Assembly (NCBI GenBank): GCA_964518475.1
Contig: CAZFGR010000001.1
Span: 118,308 to 150,307 of the forward strand
Source: an uncultured Nitrososphaerota archaeon
Lineage (GTDB): Archaea > Asgardarchaeota > Njordarchaeia > Njordarchaeales > Njordarchaeaceae
Direction: 5' to 3'
DNA length: 32,000 nt
The position numbers and the translations under genes are program-made. Positions 7,311-16,669 of this stretch are shown here, piece by piece (position 1 is the first letter of the stretch; every line of letters starts with the position of its first letter). Below the pieces are notes generated by a model, which ran no database searches, was not told the origin of the DNA, and saw only the letters and a list, made by a program, of their open reading frames with translations.

Positions 7311-10061
7311 TCATTGCATTACTCTTTCTAACTTTGTTAAAATTGTCGAAGCATCGATTTCCGATGATGCTATGAGACCAAATTTTATAATCCGGCCCTT
7401 AGCTCCTATCTTTTCGATAATTTCTTTCAATTTTTCTAGGAAGTTCTTTGACCCAGCCGCAACTATTGTTGTCTTGCCTCCTACTGTACTAGCCAGTATG
7501 ATGTCTCTATGTAAATTGTTTAAACGTTTTAGCACTTCTATCATTAGGTTATGAGGGAAATCAATACGAACTAACAATACGTCTCCGGGAAGCTTCTTAC
7601 CCTCCTTTTCAATAATCGTTTCTAGATGATTTAATATTAAGTTCGAGAGCTTCGTAATATGTTCTTGTTGATCTTTCCATTCTTCAAAGAAACGTTTAAC
7701 GGTCTTCGGCAAGTCTCCCGGCACTACTTTGAGAATTTCGCATGATTCCTTTAAGTATTTCTCTTGTTCCTTAATATATTCGTAAGCTCTTTCACCAGCT
7801 ACGAAGATTAATCTTACAACCCCGTCATGGATTCTTCGGGTACCTATTATTTTTATAAACCCAATTTCGCCAGTAGATCGTACATGTGTACCTCCGCAAG
7901 CCTCAACTTCCCAATCCTTTACAGACACTATTCTAAGATATTTTCCAGGAACCGCCCCTCCTTGATAAATCCTCACTCCATATTTCTTTTCAGCCGTTGT
8001 TCTATCAAGTATTTCGATTTTGACTGGTCTGTTCTCCATAACAATCTTATTAGCTAATTCCTCAATCCTGTTTATTTCTTCTTCAGTGAGATTCTTATGA
8101 TGTGATATATCAAGTCGCGCGTACTTCTCCGATTTTTCAGCACCAACCTGCCAAACATGAGGCCCCAAAACGTATCGAGCTGCGGCATTAACTATGTGTG
8201 TAGCTGTATGATGTTTCATGTGTAACCAGCGACGTCTCCAATTTATTTTACCGTGAATTGTTTTTCCTACTAATTCTCTTTCGACCGGAGAATCAACAAC
8301 ATGAACGATAACGTTTCCTATTTTCCTGACGTCTACTACCTTAAGTATTTTTCCATCGATAATTATTTCTCCAGTATCCTCTAACTGGCCTCCACCTCTT
8401 GGATAAAAAGCAGTCTGATCTAGAACTACGTAGTGATTCTTAACAAAGACTATCTTAGCATCAAACTCTTTCATATACTGATCTTCGTAGTAAAGAGGCT
8501 TTGTCGAAGGAAGTCCCTCCAATACTTTTCCTAGACTTCGTCTAATGGTTTCTTCTAGATCTTCTTTTCTTTCTTCTCCACTTTTTGCTTGTTTTTCTAA
8601 TCGTATTAAGTCAAAGAAGTTAGGTGGTATCTCTACCTTTACTCCTTGCTTCTTTGCTATCTCTTCCACACTAGATGGGGGTAATCCATGGTTTATGTAA
8701 AGATCTCGTAGTATCTCATAGCGGATAACTTTTAGTTTCTTCTTTTTTATTAGTCTTAACAATTCAGCGATACCTTTCTCGAGCGATGATTTGTAACGCT
8801 GTAGTTCTACTTTCCAAACATCTACAACTACGTCCCGTCCTTCTTCTATTCTCGGAAAACTCTCCGAGAAATAATCTATCTGTTTATGGAGTAGTTCTTC
8901 CCAATCTATTTGGAAATTCATATTCTCCGCTAACGAAACCGCTCTTCTCAGTATCATTCTTAGGTTATATGCGCCTCCCACGTTTGATGGTATACCTCCG
9001 TCTGGAATCGCGAAAACTAGAGTTTTTGTGTGATCGAGTATAGCATATACTGCTTCGATGGGTGCTAGTTTATCCTCTAATTCCTTAAGGGAGAATCCTA
9101 GAAGACTTGCTATCTTTTCTCTTGATTTCTTGAACCTTTCTGGGGATTTCGTATCCAGTATACCCGATAGTTTCGCGTATTTCACCAATAGTTCTTTATC
9201 AATTTCTAATCCTATTTGGTTTTTCAACCATTCAAACACGGGTCCAAAAGTAGCTTCATAAATCGTGGGTGTTCTTTGCCTAAACCAAGCGATTCTCTCT
9301 AGTCCCCACCCAACATCAAGAACTTTTAATTTGAGTGGTGCCCATCTACTATCAATGAATTCATACTGCATAAATACTCCATTAACTATTTCTAATCCAT
9401 AAGCAAAAGTTTCAATAGAAGGACCAAAGTTTCCTCCTCCGCTCCATACATCTTCCTTATAGGTGAGTTCCTCTGACGGTATTTCAAGGACTTTTGTCAT
9501 GAATTCAAAGTTGTATCGAAGATACTCGTCTTTCCAGTAGATCCATGATTTCTCTGAGTTGAAAGCGTGTTGACCTCCCATCGTAAAACTCGTGAGATGT
9601 CTTCCCGTTTTACCAATGTTATCTATATCGCTAAACTCACCTCCAAACCTAAGACATGGCTGAGGAATAACTAGAGGATTTGCTGGGGGATCCACAATTC
9701 CCTTAACAACCCAGGGCTGAAAAACAGCTATAGACGCTATTGTGAATTCAATATCATCTCGCCACCTAGCTACCACGGGGTAAGGATCCAAAACAGCGTG
9801 TCCTCTCTCAGCAAAAAAGCCCGTCCATTTCCGTATGGTGTTGTGAATATCCCACTCCCTAGACCAAGTGTTGTCTTCGATAAATCTATATTCTCCTTCA
9901 CATTCAACGTCTCCACAAGTTTCTCGATCCGGATTTAATGTCCAGAAAAACCTTCCACAAACCTTACACTGTTTGCGCACGAATCCCATTTCTTTAAAGA
10001 ATTCAGTCTCATATTCTTCCTTACCAAATAGTTTGAATAATTCCTCTTTACTAATGCTCAT
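7311..10061 (-). CDS. alaS: Alanyl-tRNA synthetase, archaeal type
   Basis: Archaeal AlaRS N-terminus (FFKEMGFVRKQCKVCGRFFWT...CGDVECEG). Class II core, editing-domain HxxxH (MKHHTATHIVN) and CGGTH motifs, and a C-terminal DHHA1-like tail are present. The track start at 10094 is TTG. The ATG at 10061 (MSISKEELFKLF) is the more likely start. Confidence 0.95.
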   Translation of the reverse strand: MSISKEELFKLFGKEEYETEFFKEMGFVRKQCKVCGRFFWTLNPDRETCGDVECEGEYRFIEDNTWSREWDIHNTIRKWTGFFAERGHAVLDPYPVVARWRDDIEFTIASIAVFQPWVVKGIVDPPANPLVIPQPCLRFGGEFSDIDNIGKTGRHLTSFTMGGQHAFNSEKSWIYWKDEYLRYNFEFMTKVLEIPSEELTYKEDVWSGGGNFGPSIETFAYGLEIVNGVFMQYEFIDSRWAPLKLKVLDVGWGLERIAWFRQRTPTIYEATFGPVFEWLKNQIGLEIDKELLVKYAKLSGILDTKSPERFKKSREKIASLLGFSLKELEDKLAPIEAVYAILDHTKTLVFAIPDGGIPSNVGGAYNLRMILRRAVSLAENMNFQIDWEELLHKQIDYFSESFPRIEEGRDVVVDVWKVELQRYKSSLEKGIAELLRLIKKKKLKVIRYEILRDLYINHGLPPSSVEEIAKKQGVKVEIPPNFFDLIRLEKQAKSGEERKEDLEETIRRSLGKVLEGLPSTKPLYYEDQYMKEFDAKIVFVKNHYVVLDQTAFYPRGGGQLEDTGEIIIDGKILKVVDVRKIGNVIVHVVDSPVERELVGKTIHGKINWRRRWLHMKHHTATHIVNAAARYVLGPHVWQVGAEKSEKYARLDISHHKNLTEEEINRIEELANKIVMENRPVKIEILDRTTAEKKYGVRIYQGGAVPGKYLRIVSVKDWEVEACGGTHVRSTGEIGFIKIIGTRRIHDGVVRLIFVAGERAYEYIKEQEKYLKESCEILKVVPGDLPKTVKRFFEEWKDQQEHITKLSNLILNHLETIIEKEGKKLPGDVLLVRIDFPHNLMIEVLKRLNNLHRDIILASTVGGKTTIVAAGSKNFLEKLKEIIEKIGAKGRIIKFGLIASSEIDASTILTKLERVMQ

Positions 10062-10201
10062 TGTACCGCCCCAGTCATATATAAGGCTACTCAATTATAT
10101 ACGTCTCAACTAAAGCTACAGTCTAAAATAATAATAGATGGAGGAAGACGAAAGCTTTTTTAATGATGATGGAAGAGATAGATATACCTTTTATGGTAAG
10201 A

Positions 10202-10276
10202 TGGACGGGTAGCTCAGTGGTAGAGCGCCGGCTTCGCAAGCCGGAGGCCGCGGGTTCGAATCCCGCCCCGTCCACC
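10202..10276 (+). tRNA. tRNA-Ala, anticodon CGC, with genomically encoded 3' CCA
   Basis: Hand-folded cloverleaf. Acceptor GGACGGG/CCCGTCC; D arm GCTC-AGTGGTA-GAGC. Anticodon arm CCGGC-TTCGCAA-GCCGG, with the anticodon CGC at 10234-10236. Variable loop AGGCC; T arm GCGGG-TTCGAAT-CCCGC; discriminator A73 followed by CCA. Confidence 0.9.
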
Positions 10277-10396
10277 ATTTTCAAGCTAATCAGATTTTCT
10301 TCTCTTTTCTACCGCCCAGATCTTGATTCCGTATTCTTTATATATCAGCTTTTCTTAAGAATTGATTGAGTAGTACAATTTTAAGCGGTGCCTTAA

Positions 10397-11194
10397 TTGG
10401 TTAAAGCGATTAGATATGCGGCAGGTCTAGCTCACTTCTTAGCAATCATTGCAATAATATGTGAAACAGTGGCTGCGGTTATGTTATTTATAATGGCTAC
10501 TATTATCTGGGGCATCGCTCTAATACAGAATCCTAGTATTTGGTGGCCAGTATTCGAGAAAATAACCATTGCAACTATAGGCATCTCTTTCTTGATAACT
10601 TTTGCTCTCTTATACACACCATTGTATGAGTTCCTATCATATGTGTGGCGAACATTCGTAACTTTCTTTTTAACACTTGTTTCCCTTTATACAATAATAG
10701 TGGTGAGTTGGCCTTCTGCAGTTAACGCTCAACAAGACACTCTTTTACAATTCGCCTTCTTAGCTATGATAATCTTCATTGCTGAAATTGTTCTTTTCTA
10801 CATATTGTATATGATAAGAGGCAGGAAACTATCTTTCATTATTCGTCACAAAAATGCATTGGAAGAGATTTCTAGAGGATTAGGCACTTTATCTGAGATA
10901 ATTAAGGAGAAAAAAGATTTAGACCCCATACTTAGAGCTAGTAACGCTGCTTATCAGTCTTGGACACACATTGTTAAGTATGAAGTATTAGAAAGATGGG
11001 ACATAAGTAGAATAATGTTTCAGGCATTAATAATCTCGCTTGCATTCTTCATAGCCGGTGTTGCCTTGACTTATCAACAAATAGGTTATTCAGACTTGGT
11101 AATATTCCTAGGCGCTGCAACTTTTGTTGTGCTAGTATTGCTCATAGCAATAGATATAATTCGCAGCGAAAAAACTAGAGCTATGTTGCTCTAA
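10397..11194 (+). CDS. Hypothetical integral membrane protein (about 6 predicted TM helices)
   Basis: TTG start. Several long hydrophobic stretches (e.g. LAHFLAIIAIICETVAAVMLFIMATIIWGIALI) flank a central soluble segment. Confidence 0.6.
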   Translation: MVKAIRYAAGLAHFLAIIAIICETVAAVMLFIMATIIWGIALIQNPSIWWPVFEKITIATIGISFLITFALLYTPLYEFLSYVWRTFVTFFLTLVSLYTIIVVSWPSAVNAQQDTLLQFAFLAMIIFIAEIVLFYILYMIRGRKLSFIIRHKNALEEISRGLGTLSEIIKEKKDLDPILRASNAAYQSWTHIVKYEVLERWDISRIMFQALIISLAFFIAGVALTYQQIGYSDLVIFLGAATFVVLVLLIAIDIIRSEKTRAMLL

Positions 11195-11664
11195 TGTTTT
11201 CCTATCATACAGGGCTTAATAAGTAACTCCTCAATTTTTTTCTCAATACTGTCGTTAACGCTGCATAGATCATTAATCTCCATCACAATTGAGCTATTTG
11301 AGTCGTATACTATGAAAGAACGTCCATCAGTTAAAATTACATGCGAAGGTTTTAGAAGATAGAGATAGGTCCTAACAACGAGCCTTTCCAGCTTCTTTTT
11401 AACTTCCTCTTTTCTCAAGTTCCATTCTTCTTCCGGCTCAATAATCTCCCATACACTTTCAATCTTCTTATCATTGCAGAGGACCACGATGTCTGGTAAG
11501 ACTTCAAGGATTTCTTCCTGAACTTTTATTTTTTCCTCAAGAACTCCTTTGGATACAAGCCACATTTTGAACATGACTACTATCATATCATGACTTTTTT
11601 TACCTTCTCTGCTCACCAATTCCCCAATTTTTTTAAGAGAGATGCCATTCATAATGCTCACCAT
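11191..11664 (-). CDS. Hypothetical protein
   Basis: ATG start, 157 aa. The segment LPDIVVLCNDKKIESVWEIIEPEEE is faintly reminiscent of a PD-(D/E)xK nuclease core but lacks the Lys. I make no functional call. Confidence 0.45.
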   Translation of the reverse strand: MVSIMNGISLKKIGELVSREGKKSHDMIVVMFKMWLVSKGVLEEKIKVQEEILEVLPDIVVLCNDKKIESVWEIIEPEEEWNLRKEEVKKKLERLVVRTYLYLLKPSHVILTDGRSFIVYDSNSSIVMEINDLCSVNDSIEKKIEELLIKPCMIGKH

Positions 11665-11992
11665 TTCAAGCCAAGGAAATTTCGTTCTAAAACACGATAT
11701 TTCATTTTTATATCATGATCCTTTACTTGTTTCGAACTACGGTATTCCAGTCGCTACAATTAGGGCTTTAAAACCTATCTCAAAACTTTGAAAAGGATAG
11801 TGAGCTAAGAAATGAAAAGAAAAATACTCACCTCTTAGTCGACCGTAAATCTTTAATATTAAATATGCCATACGACTTTTTTCTTTATTGTAGTACTAAC
11901 TAAAGATAGAGATTGAGAAGTCATGCTTAGACAAGTCTCGCTTCTTGTAATATTTGCCTTATTCTTAGTGTTGAATTGTTAGGGAGATATGT

Positions 11993-14900
11993 ATGTACTT
12001 CGAAATACCAAAGAAACTAGCGAGTATTAGATTCGGGATAATGTCTCCAGAAGAGATTAGGAAATTAGCTGTAGTGAGAATAGACCAGTCCACTTTATAT
12101 GATGATGAGGGCAGAGGATTCCCAGGAAGTCCTCTGGATAGAAGGCTGGGTTCTCCAGATAATAGAGAAAGATGCGAATATTGTGGGCTTAGAAGGCGTG
12201 AAGGGGAAACTGGTTGTATAGGTCATTTCGGTTATATTTCTCTTGCAATGCCTGTCTATCATCTCGGATTTGTTAAATACATAGAAAAGGTTTTAAATGC
12301 TATTTGTGAAAGGTGTGGCCGCCTTACTTTACCTCCAGAAAAGCGCGAAAAATATTGGGCTAAAATGAAAGAATTCATTGATCGGTATGGATATCCTAGT
12401 CCAGAAATAGCGAAAGAGGTACTTAATGAGGCTATAAAGGAAAAGAAATGTTATAACCTTAATTGTGGTCATGAAAAAGTTGGAAAATTTATTTGGTCAA
12501 AAGAATATCTCACATTTATCAAGCGAATCGAAATACCTCCAGAAAAACTTGAGGAAATCAAAAAATCAGAGAAAAGCAGTTTAAGCGCTTACTTAATTGG
12601 TAGGCGAAGGCCTCGTATCGTTAAAGGTCGTGGCAATAAGTATTATGAAAACCAATACTTAACAGCTCAACAAATAAAGCAAATTCTCGAGACCATTTAT
12701 GATCCTAAAGAGGATTACTCCCCAGAAGAAAGAGAAGAACGCAGAAAAGACGTCTTCTTATTAGGTTTCCACCCAGATTATGCTCTTCCTCAATGGACTA
12801 TTCTCCAAGACCTCCCTGTACCTCCCATAACAGTTCGTCCACCAGTTGTGACGGCTGATGGTAAACGATCCGAGGATCACTTAACTATAACGCTTCGAGA
12901 CATTGTAAGAATAAATGAACAACTAAAAAACAAACTACGTGGGGGCCCATCCCCTGTCATAGAATCTAACTGGCAAAAACTTCAAAAACTTGTCATGGTT
13001 TTGTTTGGACTTCACAAAGTTGGTGAAATTAAGCTTGAAAGCTTGTATGTTAAGGGTATTGTGCACAGACTGTCTGGTAAGGAGGGTAGATTCAGACATA
13101 ATCTGAGTGGAAAAAGAGTTGATTTCTCTGGCAGAGCTGTTATATCTCCGGATCCATACTTAAGTGTTGATGAAATCGGTGTGCCAGAAAAAATGGCACG
13201 AGTTCTTATAGTGCCTGAAGTAGTTAATGAGCTGAATATCGAGAGACTAAGACAGCTCGTTATAAATGGCCCGGATAATTATCCAGGAGCTGTATTCATA
13301 TGGCAAAAACGAGGAGAAATGTATCATAAAATATCCTTAGAAGTCTTCAAAGGTGTTGAGGAACGGAAAGCCAAAGCTCTTGAATTAAAGCCTGGGGATA
13401 TCGTAGAGCGACATTTAATGGATGGGGACATAGTAGTCTTCAATAGGCAACCCACACTTCATAGAATTTCCATGATGGGGCATTATGTACGTGTACTGCC
13501 TTACAATACACTCCGTCTTCACTTACATTCCTGCCCTCCATATAATGCAGACTTTGATGGAGATGAAATGAATATTCACTTGCCAAGATCTCTTGAGACG
13601 CGCGCAGAGATATCAACAATAATGGAAGTGAAAAGACATATCATTACTCCAAGATACGGGGGCCCAATAATTGGTCCCAAGCAAGACTATATTACTGGGG
13701 CCTACCTCCTTACGAAGGATGATACCCTATTATCGCTCGAAGAAGCCGTTCAAATTTTATTCTATGCTGGTATTACATCATTACCCGAGCCAACAACCGT
13801 TATTGGTAGAGAGCCTTATTGGAGCGGAAAAGATCTTTTCTCTCAGATCATTCCACGGTATATCTTTTATGAAAAAGACGTAAAAGGCGCTTTGTGTGGT
13901 AAGAAAGGCTCAGAGAAATGCAAAGTTAAAATATGGGATGGTAAAATCCTCGAAGGCGTTATAGATAAGAACGCTATAGGTGCTGAAAAACCAGAAAACC
14001 TTGTTCAGAGAATCATTGATAGGTGGGGATACGAAGCTGGTAAGAAATTCCTGAATAGTATGGGTGCAATGATTATTCGGTATCTAACTGATAGAGGTTT
14101 TAGCTTGACATTATGGGATATAAAATTACCAGCTGAAACTAGAGAAAAAATCAGAAAGGTACTGGCAGAGTACATAGAGAAGGCGAATAATCTAGTAAGA
14201 CAATATCTTGAAGGAAAACTTGAACCAGACCCAGGAAAAACTCTTGAAGATACATTCGAGGACAAACTAGTCGAAATCCTAGATGAGGCGAGAACGAAAG
14301 CTGGGGAGATAGTAATGGAATCAATGCCTATGGATAGCCAATTCTTAGCAATGACTGTAACGGGCGCGAGAGGAGATGAGACCAATATTCAGCAAGTACT
14401 AGCATGTATTGGCCAGCCAGTGGTTAGAGGGAAACGATTAAGAAGAGGTTATGACCAGCGTACTTTGCCTCATTTCAAGAAGGGGGACGTAGGTCCTTAT
14501 GCCGGTGGTTTCACGATAAACAGTTTCTCATCTGGCATGTCACCTATCGAGTATTTCTTCCATAATGCTGGTGGAAGAGATAGTCTTGTCGATACTGCGG
14601 TTAGAACAGCTGATAGTGGATACTTCTATCGACGATTAGTCAATGCTTTGCAGGATAGTAGAATAGAATATGATGGTACAGCGAGAATGATGAGTGGTCA
14701 TATAGTTCAGTTCAGATACGGTGGAGATGGCATTCATCCAGGAAAAAGCTTCCATGGCAAGCTTACAGATTACGAATCATTGTTCTACGAAATAATTGTA
14801 CGTAGAGAAGATAATGGTAAGAAAGTTAAAACTTCTAGGAAGACTTGGCCGAAGTATTATGATGAAGTGATAGAAGAAATCACTGAGAAAACTTCTAAAG

Positions 14901-16054
14901 CTATCGCTGAAGATATAAGAAAAATATTCAAAGACATGTTGAAGAAAGGTTATGTGCTATCCGAAGAAGAAGTAAAAGAATACAAGGAGAAAATACTCGA
15001 AAAGTATCTACAAGCGCAAATAGATCCAGGCGAAGCGGCTGGAACGGTAGCTGCTCAATCTGTAAGCGAGCCAGCGACGCAATTAACTCTCCGTACATTC
15101 CACTGGGCCGGCGTAGCAGCCTTTAGCATTACAACGGGTCTACCAAGGCTGAAAGAGATTTTTGATGCTGTGGAGAGGCCTAGTACTCCGATGATTTCCG
15201 TGTACCTAGAGAGTGATTACAAACGAAGTAAGAAGAAAGCCGAGGAAATCTTCAGCTACATACGAGCAGTCACTATCTTGCATCTAATTAAACAAGATGG
15301 GCTTCAAATAGAGCCTGGAGAAAACAGAATAAAAGTTGTTTTGAGCAGGGAAAGACTCCGCCACTATAATTTAACCCCAGAGATCGTTAAAGAGAAAATT
15401 GAGAAAATCGGAAAAGTCCGAGTTGAGCACCCAAGCAGTTATATATTATATATCTACCCAGCAGACACTGATGTAAGCTTAACTGAGATCTATCGAAAAC
15501 TCCGCGAAAAAGTCTTCAAAGGTTTCAAGGAATATGAGCGAGCACAGCTTAGGAAATCAGATGAATTCGATGAATATTATATTGTAATAGCAGGATCCGA
15601 TATTACACCCCTACTGTACGTGAAAGGCGTTGACGTGTCTAGGCTAGAAACAAACAACATCCACATGTTCGCAAAGATTTTCGGTATTGAGGCTGCTCGA
15701 AGATTAATTGCAAAAGAAGCTAAGAACGTCCTTGATCAGTATGGTCTTGACGTGGACATGCGTCACATTCTCTACATAACTGATGTCATGACTATGCATG
15801 GCCACATCGAAGCTATTGGAAGATATGGAATTGCTGGAAAGAAACTAAGTGTACTAGCCCGGGCAGCTTTTGAAGAAACCGGTAAGCATTTGTTCCGTGC
15901 TGCTGCAGCTGGTATGGTAGATCCCCTCTTAGGTGCTACAGAAAATGTCATAGTGGGAGGAGTTCCACCTTTGGGTACGGGAGTAGTAAAGCTTGGATTT
16001 TTCAAAAAACCAATTAAACAAAACCAGGCTCAGGCCACGATCTCTAACTCTTAA
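11993..16054 (+). CDS. rpoA: DNA-directed RNA polymerase largest subunit, with A' and A'' encoded as one continuous ORF
   Basis: N-terminal Zn motif CEYCG...CIGHFGYISL, RLSGKEGRFRHNLSGKRVDFSGRAVISPDP and catalytic NADFDGDEMNIH. Bridge helix GGRDSLVDTAVRTADSGYFYRRL and trigger-loop region GEAAGTVAAQSVSEPATQLTLRTFHWAGV. C-terminal ITDVMT...GKHLFRAA. All lie in one frame with no stop. Confidence 0.95.
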   Translation: MYFEIPKKLASIRFGIMSPEEIRKLAVVRIDQSTLYDDEGRGFPGSPLDRRLGSPDNRERCEYCGLRRREGETGCIGHFGYISLAMPVYHLGFVKYIEKVLNAICERCGRLTLPPEKREKYWAKMKEFIDRYGYPSPEIAKEVLNEAIKEKKCYNLNCGHEKVGKFIWSKEYLTFIKRIEIPPEKLEEIKKSEKSSLSAYLIGRRRPRIVKGRGNKYYENQYLTAQQIKQILETIYDPKEDYSPEEREERRKDVFLLGFHPDYALPQWTILQDLPVPPITVRPPVVTADGKRSEDHLTITLRDIVRINEQLKNKLRGGPSPVIESNWQKLQKLVMVLFGLHKVGEIKLESLYVKGIVHRLSGKEGRFRHNLSGKRVDFSGRAVISPDPYLSVDEIGVPEKMARVLIVPEVVNELNIERLRQLVINGPDNYPGAVFIWQKRGEMYHKISLEVFKGVEERKAKALELKPGDIVERHLMDGDIVVFNRQPTLHRISMMGHYVRVLPYNTLRLHLHSCPPYNADFDGDEMNIHLPRSLETRAEISTIMEVKRHIITPRYGGPIIGPKQDYITGAYLLTKDDTLLSLEEAVQILFYAGITSLPEPTTVIGREPYWSGKDLFSQIIPRYIFYEKDVKGALCGKKGSEKCKVKIWDGKILEGVIDKNAIGAEKPENLVQRIIDRWGYEAGKKFLNSMGAMIIRYLTDRGFSLTLWDIKLPAETREKIRKVLAEYIEKANNLVRQYLEGKLEPDPGKTLEDTFEDKLVEILDEARTKAGEIVMESMPMDSQFLAMTVTGARGDETNIQQVLACIGQPVVRGKRLRRGYDQRTLPHFKKGDVGPYAGGFTINSFSSGMSPIEYFFHNAGGRDSLVDTAVRTADSGYFYRRLVNALQDSRIEYDGTARMMSGHIVQFRYGGDGIHPGKSFHGKLTDYESLFYEIIVRREDNGKKVKTSRKTWPKYYDEVIEEITEKTSKAIAEDIRKIFKDMLKKGYVLSEEEVKEYKEKILEKYLQAQIDPGEAAGTVAAQSVSEPATQLTLRTFHWAGVAAFSITTGLPRLKEIFDAVERPSTPMISVYLESDYKRSKKKAEEIFSYIRAVTILHLIKQDGLQIEPGENRIKVVLSRERLRHYNLTPEIVKEKIEKIGKVRVEHPSSYILYIYPADTDVSLTEIYRKLREKVFKGFKEYERAQLRKSDEFDEYYIVIAGSDITPLLYVKGVDVSRLETNNIHMFAKIFGIEAARRLIAKEAKNVLDQYGLDVDMRHILYITDVMTMHGHIEAIGRYGIAGKKLSVLARAAFEETGKHLFRAAAAGMVDPLLGATENVIVGGVPPLGTGVVKLGFFKKPIKQNQAQATISNS

Positions 16055-16601
16055 GCAGATCCTCTGCTACAGCTACTACTAATATATCATCTAACGTTTC
16101 TTCTAAACTCTTTTTAGGCTTCTTTTCTTCTTTTACTTCAATGCCTTCTGCAACTTTTAGTTCAGGAAGAACTAATTCTTGAGAAGTACCCGTAGCTTTT
16201 CGCTTCATAGCTATTGATTCTTGCGCGCTTACGGCGATACTTGGTTGAGATATGATATTACTTATTCTTTGAACCTGTATTATATTCTCGTTCAATGTTC
16301 CTATTAGGGAATTTAGTACTGATATCATTTCTTTTAATTCCTTAAGAGTCTTTTCGTTTTCTCCCTTCTTTGTTTTTTTCTTAGCTATCTTCTTTTCTCG
16401 AGCTACTCGTCTTCCAAAAAGTTCTTTGTAGAATTCGTTAAAAGCTCTTTTAATTATTTCCTCAACGGAGACTCCTAAGAGATCAGCAGCGTCGATCATT
16501 TTTTCAAACAGGTCCTTGGGAAGAACAAACATTACTTTAACTAAATTTCTATCCTTGTCCTCATGGAGAATCCTAGAATACGGATCAGATAGACCACTCA
16601 C
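16044..16601 (-). CDS. Ribbon-helix-helix (CopG-like) domain protein with a long Lys/Glu-rich tail
   Basis: The N-terminal VKVMFVLPKDLFEKMIDAADLLGVSVEEIIKRAFNEFY fits a beta-strand/helix/helix RHH pattern. GTG start. Its 3' end overlaps the rpoA 3' end by 11 nt. Confidence 0.5.
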   Translation of the reverse strand: MSGLSDPYSRILHEDKDRNLVKVMFVLPKDLFEKMIDAADLLGVSVEEIIKRAFNEFYKELFGRRVAREKKIAKKKTKKGENEKTLKELKEMISVLNSLIGTLNENIIQVQRISNIISQPSIAVSAQESIAMKRKATGTSQELVLPELKVAEGIEVKEEKKPKKSLEETLDDILVVAVAEDLLKS

Positions 16602-16669
16602 AACAGCTCACATTATCTTATAGTGATTAAATTAGGGATAGAGGAAACTACAAGCAATTACCTCGTTTG

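Noticed and set aside
10163-10369. A 68-aa plus-strand ORF in the track, and an ATGATGA (10163-10169) that could be a C box.
   Set aside because: The ORF is a read-through of the tRNA-Ala gene and is therefore spurious. No D box (CTGA) or 12-nt-spaced D' follows the ATGATGA.
10277-11736. A possible integrated element downstream of the tRNA-Ala gene, consisting of the membrane protein plus the nuclease-like ORF.
   Set aside because: There is no integrase. The only downstream echo of the tRNA 3' end is a 6-nt ttcgaa at 11731-11736, far too short for an att repeat.
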